Shown here: positions 37,401 to 49,500 of the stretch, one piece after another
Position numbering within the stretch: the first letter of the stretch is position 1
Layout of the letters: each line of letters begins with the position of its first letter
Assembly (NCBI RefSeq): GCF_023055435.1
Contig: NW_025964383.1
Coordinates: 6,634,001 to 6,698,000, forward strand
Direction of reading: 5' to 3'
DNA: 64,000 nucleotides
From: Haliotis rufescens
Taxonomy: Eukaryota
Made by a program: the position numbers and the translations under genes
Notes under the pieces: generated by a model
What the model saw: the letters and a program-made list of their open reading frames with translations, nothing else
What the model was told of the DNA's origin: nothing
The model's database searches: none

Positions 37401-38769
37401 AATTCGAAAAATAAAGAATTAGGAAGACCGAATACATAAAGGCGCATTGACAAAGATAAACTGATAGTTTAAGGATTTATTGACACTAAACAATAACAAC
37501 CAAGCTTGTATACACAGCGAGTGTACACAAGTTAGCAGCACTAATAGTAACTTGTCAGTTCTAAAACAAAGCTGACCCCATCTATTGCTTGCAAAGAGGG
37601 TATTACAAATCTACCGGGGTCAATATTGCCACGATGCCAGTCTAAACACATCAACATATATCAGATCAAATCACCATTACGCAATCTGTATGCACACCTG
37701 GACAGCCAATCAGGTCCTTGAACTTTCGTCGGGGCACGACATTTCTATACGAACTGACGTTCGGGAGTATCTCTCAGAGGCTAATGATAATGGTGATGAC
37801 GATGTTTTAAGGGCTATACACCTTTAAGCTTATACACGTAAGGGGCGACAAAACGCGGAGGTCGGATTAGGAAACACCCGCTCGGGTTCCCCAAGCGAAA
37901 AACCAAGGCTATTGAGTGTGCTTAATAACAAACTTTAATATGATACTTGGGATGAGCATTTTAACTAACATAGATAATAAGACCATCATCACAAGGTGTA
38001 GCGTTTGTACTTGAAGATGATATTTTATATACACTAAAGGCCAATGTGGTGTATTACTTACTGCTGAAAAGAGTACCCGAGGGAAATAAAGATTTAATAT
38101 ACATAAGCAATAAAAATACAACGGGCGGTCCCTCAATCTGGATCTGCGACACATCGCTAGATTGAAGTTGAACACCAAATGTTTGGTAGCACCCAGGTTA
38201 AGTGTCTGTTCCCGCCATATTCAATGAGTCTGATCATCATGGCGTCGATAATTGTAAGAAGGAAAACCTGTCACAGATGTATGAACCAAATAGTGACCAT
38301 TGCCTTGTCAAAGTTGAAACCACTGTGCACGTGCCACACCATCCACTAAGTTGTCCGTGGCGAGGGTTGGTGCACTAGGATTTCTATCGTCACTGGACAC
38401 TGCAATGGGCAATCCCTGAATGCGCTGATGCTCTTCCTGTGACATGTTCCTTCCACAGCGACATCATTTCATGTCAGGTCATGTATCCTATAGCGCCACT
38501 ATCTCTATGAGCTGTCCATTTCATGGCTTGCAGTTACTGCAGTCGTGTACGACTAAAATCACCTCTACTCACAATCATCAGCAGGACTATGTTTGTGTTT
38601 ACATGTGTTAGCTTTGCCCTATAATGTACTTGTGGATTGTTTAGAGCCCATGATTAAACTGGAACCACTCTATATAAATACATCACTTTAGATCCTGTTT
38701 CTTGGTGTAAAAAACTATATTTTTGTCCTCAACTATTACAAACATCATTATTCTTATGCCATCAAAATT

Positions 38770-40717
38770 CAGAGCTAACATATACTTTATTACACTTAAC
38801 ATGGAGGTAGTTCAAAGCTAAACTATACTTTATGAAACGAAACATGGAGGTAGTTCAGGGCTAAACTATACTTTATTACATTACACATGGACGTAGCTCA
38901 AGGCTAAATTATACTTTATTACGCTTCACGTGGGGGTAGTTCAAGGCTAACCTATACTTTATTACACTAAACATGGAGATAGTTCAAGGCTAAACTATAC
39001 TTTATTACACTACACATTGGGGTAGTTCAGGGCTAAACTATACTTTATTACTCTACACATGGAGGTAGTTCAAGGCTAAACTATACTTTATTACACTAAA
39101 CATGGAGGTAGTTCAAGGCTAACTTATACTTTTTAACATTACACATGGAGGTAGTTCAAGGCTAAACTGTACTTTATTACACTACATGTGGGGATAGCTC
39201 AAGGCTAAACTATACTTTATTACTCTAAACATGGAGGTAGTTCAAGGCTAAACTATACTTTATTACACTAAACATGGAGGTAGTTCAAGGCTAAACTATA
39301 CTTTATTACACTAAACATGGAGGTAGTTCAAGGCTAACCTATACTTTATTACACTACACATGGAGGTAGTTCAGGGCTAAACTATACTTTATTACACTAC
39401 ACATGGAGGTAGTTCAAGGCTAAACTATACTTTATTACACTACACATGGAGGTAGTTCAAGGCTAAACTATACTTCATGACACTACACATGGAGGTAGTT
39501 CAAGGCTAAACTATACTTTATTACACTAAACATGGAGGTAGTTCAAGGCTAAACTATACTTTATTTCACTACACATGGAGGTAGTTCAAGTCTAAACTAT
39601 ACTTTATTACACTACACATGGAGGTAGTTGAAGGCTAAACTATACTTTATTACACTAAACATGGAGGTAGTTCAAGGCTAAACTATACCTTATTACACTG
39701 AACATGGAGGTAGTTCAAGGCTAAACTATACTTTATTACACTAAACATAGAGGTAGTTGAAGGCTAAACTATACTTTATTACACTACATATGGAGGTAGT
39801 TCAAGGCTAAACTATACCTGATTACACTAAACATGGAGGTAGTTCAAGGCTAAACTATACTTTATTACACTATACATGGAGGTAGTTCCAGGCTAACCTA
39901 TACTTTATTACACTAAACATGGAGATAGTTCAAGGGTAAACTATACTTTATTCCACTACACATGGAGGTAGTTCCAGGCTAAACTATATTTTATTCCACT
40001 ACACATGGAGGTAGTTCAAGGCTTAACTATACTTAGTTACTCTACACATTGGGGTAGTTCAAGGCTAAACTATACTTTATTACACTACATATGGAGGTAG
40101 TTGAAGGCTAAACTATACTTTATTACACTACATATGGAGGTAGTTCAAGGCTAAACTATACTTTATTACACTACATATGGAGGTAGTTCAAGGCTAAACT
40201 ATACTTTATTACACTAAACATGGAGGTAGTTCAAGGCTAAACTATACTTTATTCCACTACACATGGAGGTAGTTCAAGGCTAAACTATACTTTATTACAC
40301 TACACATGGAGGTAGTTCAAGGCTAAACTATACTTAATTACTCTACACAGGGGGGTAGTTCAAGGCTAAACTATACTTTATTACACTACACATGGGGGTA
40401 GTTTAAGTCTTAACTATATTATTTTACACTACATATGGAGGTAGTTCAAGGCTAAACTATACTTTATTACACTACATATGGAGGTAGTTCAATGCTAAAC
40501 TATACTTTATTACACTACATATGGAGGTAGTTCAAGGCTTAACTATACTTTATTACACTAAACATGGAGGTAGTTCAAGGCTAAACTATACCTTATTCCA
40601 CTACACATGGAGGTAGTTCAAGGCTAAACTGTACTATGTTACACTTCACATGGAGGTAGTTCAAGGCTAAACTGTACTATGCTACACTACAGATGGTGAT
40701 AGTTCAAGGCTAAACTG
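38770..40717. repeat. 43-bp minisatellite, paralogous array (~45 copies)
   Basis: Same unit as 17165-19645. Confidence 0.96.
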
Positions 40718-41141
40718 ACATTAGTGGTGGTGGCGTACGTTTTAACGTGTACGACTGAAATCATCTAAACTCACAATCATCAGCAGAACTTCAATTGTGT
40801 TTACACGTGTTAGCTTTGCCCTTTTAATGTTCTTGTGGAATGATTAAACTGTAACATTTATATAGAGACATACATTTCAATCCTGTTTCTTGCTGCACTG
40901 GAATTAGAATAATCATACTGTGTGCAGATAATGAAATGTGACACATAACCCTATACTATCCACTTCCTGTTTTTTTTATTATGTTTAAAACAAAGTTTGT
41001 CTCGTAACGCAAGGGAGCAGGCAAACTTGGTCGAACAACCTATCAGTAAGCCCTGTTTGAGGATTTTAAATTCACAGCGCCGCTTATAACATGTTTGATC
41101 TAAAAGTTCATCTCATTTAGAACGCGCTGTTAAACATAGTA

Positions 41142-41929
41142 GATGACATACCCTATGCAGCTAAAGGGTAGGAGAAAGTGTTCATATGCACAGCCGATGA
41201 CATACCCTATGCAGCTAAAGGGTAGGAGAAAGTGTTCATATGCACAGCCGATGACATACCCTATGCAGCTAAAGGGAAGGAGAAAGTGTTCATATGCACA
41301 GCCGATGACATACCCTATGCAGCTAAAGGGTAGGAGAAAGTGTTGATATGCACAGTCGATGACTTACCCTATGCAGCTAAAGGGTAGGAGAAAGTGTTCA
41401 TAAGCACAGCCAATGACATACCCTATGCAGCTAAAGGGTAGGAGAAAGTGTTGATATGCACAGCCGATGACATACCCTATGCAGCTAAAGGGTAGGAGAA
41501 AGTGTTCATATGCACAGCCGATGACATACCCTATGCAGCTGGAGGTAGGAGAAAGTGTTGATATGCACAGCCGATGACATACCCTATGCAGCTGGAGGTA
41601 GGAGAAAGTGTTGATATGCACAGCCGATGACATACCCTATGCAGCTAAGGGGTAGGAGAAAGTGTTGATATGCACAGCCGATGACATACCCTATGCAGCT
41701 AAAGGGTAGGAGAAAGTGTTGATATGCACAGCCGATGACATACCCTATGCAGCTAAAGGGTAGGAGAAAGTGTTGATATGCACAGCCGATGACATACCCT
41801 ATGCAGCTAAAGGGTAGGAGAAAGTGTTGATATGCACAGCCGATGACATACCCTATGCAGCTGGAGGTAGGAGAAAGTGTTCATATGCACAGTCGATGAC
41901 ATACCCTATGCAGCTGGAGGTAGGAGAAA
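41142..41929 (+). repeat. 54-bp minisatellite (~14.5 copies) homologous to the exon-6/donor repeat
   Basis: Unit gatgacataccctatgcagctaaagggtaggagaaagtgttgatatgcacagcc. Confidence 0.95.
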
Positions 41930-42610
41930 ATTCACACGATTGGAATTTATTTCATCTTGATACCATTCAAATATTTTCCATGAGTACATAATGAATTTTA
42001 TTGTAACAGTATATATATATGATTTAAGAAGTAAAAAGATCTATGTTTCTCATAAACACAAAATTAAAAATGATTAAGTAAAAATATATTTTTCATACTT
42101 AAATAGTTATTTTCAATCATGCAATATATATTTCTTTGACAAAAAGTGGAACATTAAAGAAATGGATATTGAACATTTATCATACACAAGTCAAAATTTT
42201 ACTCGCAAATGATCACAAGGACCCTTCTTTTCTTTGCATCATTTTTGAAATTCCAAATGAATGTAACATTCATTGTAACAATAATAACAGGAAGGACAAT
42301 GCCATATTCAGGACAGGTTAGATTATTGTTCTATTTCCATCTCAATGCCACATACATCCATTTCACAGTGTTGTGGATTTCTTTGCAGTGTTTGAGGATC
42401 TCCAGTTAGTACAAAATGTCACTTGTCTGCAGTTCAGAAACTGGCTAAGGAGGGAGGGTTGCCCATTCTGCATCAGCAGCATCAGCAACAGCGCAGGAAG
42501 ATGAGTGGCGGTCAGTCTCAGTTGCCATTGGCATCACGGAAACGGTATCCAAGCAGCGGTAATCAGTACCCTCTCCAGCATTCCACAGCAGGCTACAGCT
42601 ACGGCAGTTA

Positions 42611-42761
42611 NNNNNNNNNNNNNNNNNNNNNNNNNNNNNNNNNNNNNNNNNNNNNNNNNNNNNNNNNNNNNNNNNNNNNNNNNNNNNNNNNNNNNNNNNN
42701 NNNNNNNNNNNNNNNNNNNNNNNNNNNNNNNNNNNNNNNNNNNNNNNNNNNNNNNNNNNNN
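42611..42761. other. Assembly gap (151 N)
   Basis: N run at the position corresponding to the microsatellite 24755-24822 of the parent copy. Confidence 0.99.
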
Positions 42762-45700
42762 TGTCCGAGGGGCCACAGGAAACTACTGTCCTTGAAGGAG
42801 GACATAGGACAATACTCATGGGGATGTTTCAAGACGCCGTTGTCCTTTGTATGGACACAACTAGGCAGAGATTACAGTATATGTATAATAGACATTATAT
42901 AACAGATCTGCTTTGCTCTTCTAGTTGCCATGATATGTATTGTCATGATCTGTGCTGCATTAGCGAAGAGTTTATTGTCGAAGATGTCAAATACAAGGAA
43001 CAGCTGTGTGTGAACTTGATTCATTTTATTGATGACATGACATGATAAAACATAAAACAAGAAGAAAGAATAAACAATTTAATAGGAATCTTTCATGCAG
43101 CAGATCATGCTTCGTTCTACAAAAAAACTGCTTCAAATTTGGTATGATTTATGATAAATCCTAGTGTTGACCTCAAATACTACAAGCATATATTGTATGT
43201 CAAATGTGGGCAGGTACACATTCCACACATAGTGTAATGTAGCCACAACAGCCACCACTCACCTCTACACCTGTAGAGGTAATGGATGATGTATGGTCGG
43301 TGGAAGTATTGGGTAATCACCGTATGTGATGGCAAGAGATAATAGGGTAAACTACTTCATGTCATGTTTAACATGGATTTAGCTGATTAATGTTTGTCTT
43401 GTTCATTGTTTTGCTTTCAAAATGTCATCATAAAAAAACATATTCGTATCTTATCCTTTATTCCAACTTCTAACATAGACCCACGCCTGTAGTAGTGCTG
43501 CGGTGGCTTATTGGACAGAACCCAGGTCATCTGGCAGCAGTTGGCCACACTGTTGATCTGCATACACATCCGTGACACCCTCTGTTGATGTTCTTGGATG
43601 GAACCTACTATTATTCTTGAAATATATTTGAAAAGGAATAAATGCAACTTTTTACCCATAGGGGAAGCCGTAAGTATGTATTATAGGATATTAAGTATTC
43701 TCTGCCCTTGGGAACAGAATGCGACGTCACATAATTCTGGATTGTGATTCCGAATAAATAACTGCAACTTTATAAATACTCTATATCCATCCATTGTGGT
43801 ATGCATATCGAGCATCAATTTGTTCATGTTTGAAAACATTAAAATTGGCTTTCTGTGCCGCTCCAACGTTACATCAACATGTGTGTCCCACGTCAACTGA
43901 CTTTCCTACACTCGCCGATGTTGACTTATGATTGTTGACATGCATTTGTTAAAGTTGATGAATTAAAATTCAAAAACACGTTTCTGTCATTTTGTATGTT
44001 GTTTTTGTACAAGTGTAAGTGATACAAATATGCTACATTTGAATGGCAATAGCGAGCTATGTCACACAATCCGACATGAAAAGGTTTCTTGTTTACTGCT
44101 GCATAGGGATACATTTATTTTGGGTTGCAGCCGCTAGCTGGTTAGAGATGGTATCTAGAGACGTTTGCAGGAAATTTGATTATGGGAAAGAAATATTATA
44201 ACCAACTTGGAACCCGGAATTACGGTTTATCTTTCCCTCACTCGCTTACTCGGTGTCTATAACATTAATTTCCACAGGAAAAATAAACTGTAGTTCGTCG
44301 TAGCTCGTTCCTTATTCTCAAAATATCTCGTATTTTTCTTGGTAGAGTCATGTTGTTTTTCTTCACTTTTGTTTTGTGTACAAGAGAGATAAAATTTCTA
44401 TTTACGTGTCATTTAAAATTCAACCTATGGAAAGAAGGTTATAATTTTCGCACCGTTTACTAAAAGATGATAGCTGTACAGATGTAGGTGATTTTTAAGA
44501 GTGAATTATGGAAATGACAGTTTAATAAAGCATTTTAACTGATAAAAGACCAATGAGAACAACAGAGAGAACATGCCGTTATTTTGACACACCAAGGGAC
44601 AACGCATGACCACGTCTCCAGGAGTTTGGGCTGTAGCCGAATGACATTCACTGGACGGATTGCTTGTTACATGCAGACTTAGCAAACGAGAGACAAGCCT
44701 AGGAGGGCAGACCTCCTGTCCTTACGACTACCCGGGAAAACCTTACATACGTATCTTCAGTCTGAGGAATCGTTTTATCGCGGTCCAGAAGACTGCGTTT
44801 GTATAATATCAGAGCTGACAACCGAACACTGCAACGATGCTGGCACAGAAACTGTTGACATGTTCACGGGAGAGGACAGATTCAAGCTTTTCAGAGTAAA
44901 TGGAAGAGTTTGTGTCTACTGCCGACGAGTACGAAGGTCACGTTGTTGCGTTCAAGATGTCGAGGGCATTTCAGCTGACAACTGACATTGTTTATATTGT
45001 ATTTTCTTATGTTATATTACTTCCCAAGTATGTGATGTTTCCTGGGCATTTCACATACAGTCAACAACTGTTTCAGTCATGTCACAGCTGGACAAGTGGA
45101 GTCAATAACCTGTCCGAGTGATACAACCCAGTGACTTGCATGATATGGCTTCTTGAAATGGAAGATGAAATGAGTATTTTTCAATAAGTGTCAATAAGCT
45201 CATGTCTCTATGTCAAAGATAATGGTTCATCAACTGTTCTGTATTGATGAGGATGGCTATATTGCGATCGTGACCTTTTATCGAGGCTGATTTTATGTCA
45301 ACCACATTGAGACTGAATGTTTTTTATTTAAAGAATATTGAGATGTGTTTTATCTCTCCGCAGGGTACAGTATGTGTACTCTTCCTAATCATGTCATCTT
45401 ATCTCATCCAGCCTTCCTTCAATGATACAAGGGGCAATTAACCTCTCGGTCCCGCCATGAATTGAACAGAACGTTCAGCAGCATTCTGCAAAATGTGGCC
45501 TGAACTCTCAATCATACTCCTTCCAAAGCTTTAAGAAGGGTGGTGCTTCACTGGCTGCTGTGACATTTGCTCAATTGGCTTTTGGTCGTCCTCGTCTTTT
45601 AAGGACTATATTAAACTCTCGCCACACACTCTGGACAGTTGGCAGAATGGCAAAAGCATATAAATAACGTTGTCAGTGTTACAATATTTTATCAAGTTGT

Positions 45701-46023
45701 CACTGGGATATGTTTTATAACTCAGATTTTCATGACTGTTTGAACCATATATTTTCTTAACAATACCAATCACAAGTGTGTGCTCAACTTGATTTTCGTT
45801 GAACATAGCTTCAGGTCAGCCTACTTGTAATCATGTCCTCCCTGGTGACACTAGACTATTACGACCATTTTTTTCATTTCTAATTCAGTTATAACTTAAG
45901 TTGACTTTGTGTTTTCAAATTACGCATTTCTTCCCTCAGAGTCCACAATTACGGACAGCATTGCAACAGCTGCAGCTTGTGTTACCATATTGTGTTACTT
46001 TTTCTATTTGTGGATTCTATTTG

Positions 46024-46246
46024 TAGAATAGGTCAGCAATCCATGCTTGCCGTAAAAGGCGACTATGCTTTTGGTCGATGCATGTCATCGATCTCAATTG
46101 CGTGGATCAATTTTCATGACGTCAATCACTGGATTGCCTGGTCCATACTAGTATATTTACAGACCGCCGTCATATAGCTGGAATATTGCTGAGTGCGGCG
46201 GTTAACAACAACAACAACGACAACAACTACAAACAAACAAACAAAC
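46024..46246 (+). mobile_element. Truncated Nin-like SINE
   Basis: ccatgcttgccgtaaaaggcgact, same 3' end as the 8607 copy, aac/aaac tail. Confidence 0.75.
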
Positions 46247-46545
46247 CTCAACCGCCACACAGGTGTTTGTAATTTTGATCACTTATTGCTATATCAACAT
46301 AATTGTGGAAGATTTGCAAATTAACAAATCAACCATGTACTATGTATCTCTTACGTAAATATAAATCCCACTTTTAGTGTATGTCAACAGCTAGCCACAA
46401 CACTGCACCACAGGACTGAATTCGAAGCTGAAGAAGTCAGTGAATGTAATTTTGCAGTAGTTGTTTGTCTCACTCCCAAAAGTCACTCCAGCAGGGATGA
46501 GTGAGCTATGTTTGGATTGACCTCTGCCCTGCCAACTTAATGTTG

Positions 46546-49500
46546 TCAATGGCGTTGGTTAGGAGGACGTGCTGTGAGCGTCCACACCTGGGACGTCTCC
46601 CCTGAACAAGGTTGTATGGTGAGAGTCTTCTTGCCTGCCTGGAGACATAGTCCACTGATTTTTTCATGTAACTGTCCGTTCTGAAACACGTCGAAGAAGG
46701 AATGAGTGTCGACTCTCTAGGAAAAGTGTGATTTCATTTCAATCTGTGGCAATTAGAAACAAATACAAGGTTATTGACAAATGTGCTATCAATCTTTCAA
46801 TATTCGCTCGTGCTCGTTACATATAAACGACTGTCTGTGGCAAGTGTCTACCTGAGTGTAGGTCCAGCTTGATCCCTGTCGAAGGTTTAATGAGACATTA
46901 CCGTCCTTGACGTATAGGTGTTGATGGTAGTTCCAGATCTGCCCATTGTCACGCATGCACCAAAACTGAAGGTAGTGACAGATGCAGATAATATTATTAT
47001 TATTGAAATGTTCAGGTGTGATAATTGTGTGTGTGTGACCATGTGTGTTAATTTCGCAGTCAAGCAATATTCAATATAAAACTATATGAAGGTGGCCTTT
47101 AAATGATGGAGTGTAAACCAGACAATCCAGTTATTGATATTACTGAGCAATGATACTTGTCGTTGTGATACGTTGACACAATCAACCATGTCACCGAACC
47201 TAACCACCTGATGTTGCCTCTTGGTTTCTTTCTACGGACCAGTTCTAACACGGAATCCTCATGGCTGCCCAATTGTAGTCGCATCTTAAGCCTAGGAATG
47301 GGGTGCTGGGGATACATTCTAGCCCTGGTCACCATGGGTTTAGGTGTGATAGCAAAGGGTTATAATAAGCTAATTAAATAATATTTAGTTTGATGGAATG
47401 TGTTTCTGGACAAAGCTACAACACAGAGTCAAAGGAATACATAGTGACGGGCTACAGTCATTATATACCAACCTATGTAGACACATAGTAAATCAATGCC
47501 ATTTCGCATACACAAACAATATATAGTCAGTACACGACAACCAAATGGAATGGTAACCATGTAGATGTATCATTGAATAAGCTGCCTAGAGTAAGAAAGT
47601 GAACAGAAGCATCAGTTGTCTTATTGATTGGACACATCCATCTGACGGGAAGAACTGACCACCACCTGCCAGCATCCACCACGCCGAACTCTACTGATGA
47701 ACATCGCAGGACAGAACCACCTCACGGGTTATCGTTGTTAAGCTACAGTAAGAGTAACCTTGAACTAAGTCATGATAATACTTTACTCCCAGTTACACCC
47801 CGACTAAGTGTGTACTGTAAAGGCATATGGTGCATAATGATCCTACCTGATTGTAACCCTTGCCCGTGCATGTAAACATGTCCGGCAGCAGGGAGTGCCG
47901 CCCCATCGAGTCTATACAGTTATTGTAGGCAGCGTTCCGAATCTAAAAATTAAAATAACCTGGAATAACACAGCTTCTTATTCAATGCTGAACAGCCATT
48001 ACAGTAAGCGCCCGGTGTTGGTCACAGTGTTTGACAATAAATAATGTCAGTAATGAAAATGATATCATGCAAATGAACTCTCGTAGCTTGCTCGTTTGTC
48101 CACTTGGATCATTAGAAAAGGAGCACCTCCCATTTTGTCCACCACCATTTTCAAGCTTCAACCACGTCTGTGCAGCCCCACCGGCTGCAGAACGGACTGA
48201 AACTTACTTCACTGGCCAACTACAGCGAGAATACAGATGGACACTCGTACCTCTCCTACAGTCAGACAGTCTGTGGGCACTGGTAGTTCCGGCAGCACAT
48301 TATTTAAGTACCACTCAAAGTCTTGGCAGTTTAGGCTCCGCCGCAATTCTTGTCTTTCCGAGATATCTCCAACAACAACCTAAAGAGAAATGATATAATG
48401 ACATAAGAAAAGCCCGAGTAACTTGAACAGATTCTGGCAAACAGAAATGTGCAACCTGCCTGGTACCGGTGAATTATAGTTTATGGAACCACCAGGAGTT
48501 GGTCCCAGCCTGTACCCGTTGCAACGGGATATGTACCCTTTCCCCATATGTAACAGATGTAATCCAAGAATGTATACCATACACCTGTCTCTGACTTCAC
48601 TATTTCTACCTATCACCGACCTCTTCAGTATTTCTACACATGACCAACCTTATCATTATTTTTACCTATCGCCAGCCTTCAGTATTTCTACCTGTCACCA
48701 ACCTTATCAGTATTTCTACCTGTCACCAACCTTTCTCAGTATTTCTACCTGTCAGTGACCTTCTCGGTATTTCTACCTGTCACCAACCTTCTCAGTATTT
48801 CTACCTGTCAGTAACCTTCTCAGTATTTCTACCTGTCGTCGACCTTCTCCGTATTTCTACCTGTCACTGACATTCTCGATATTTCTACCTGTCACCAACC
48901 TTCTCAGTATTTCTACATGTCGTCGACCTTCTCAGTATTTAAACCTGTCAGTGACCTTCTCGGTATTTCTACCTGTCAATTACATTCTCGGTTTTTCTAC
49001 CCGTCGCTTACATTCTCGGTATTTCTACCTGTCACTAACCTTCTCAGTATTTAATCCTGTCAGTGACCTTCTCGGTATTTCTACCTGTCACTCACATTCT
49101 CGGTATTTCTACCTTTAGTTACATTCTCGGTATTTCTACCTGTCACTGACATTCTCGGGTGTTTCTACCTATCACCAACCTTCTCAGTATTTCTACCTGT
49201 CACCAACCTTCTCAGTATTTCTACCTGTCAGTGACCTTCTCAGTATTTCTACCTGTCAGTGACCTTCTCAGTATTTCTACCTGTCACTTACATTCTCAGT
49301 ATTTAAACCTGTCGTCGACCTTCTCAGTATTTCTACCTGTCACCAACCTTCTCAGTATTTAAACCTGTCAGTGACATTCTCGGTATTTCTACCTGTCAAT
49401 TACATTCTCGGTATTTCTACCCGTCGCTTACATTCTCGGTATTTCTACCTGTCACTTACATTCTCGGTATTTCTACCTGTCACTTACATTCTCAGTATTT

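Larger units (their letters stand above)
38185..43640 (+). pseudogene. Duplicated 3' fragment of the plus-strand gene
   Basis: 38185-38780 nearly matches 16576-17180. It carries the 43-bp array, a donor-derived array and a last-exon copy (42390-42610) with a 1-nt deletion (gttagt-acaaa vs gttagtgacaaa), then the 3'UTR copy. No upstream exons and no exon-6 body. Confidence 0.88.

Noticed and set aside
42390-42610. Functional alternative last exon of the plus-strand gene
   Set aside because: A 1-nt deletion early in the exon shifts the frame, it lies beyond the intervening GALNT-A, and its end falls in an assembly gap.
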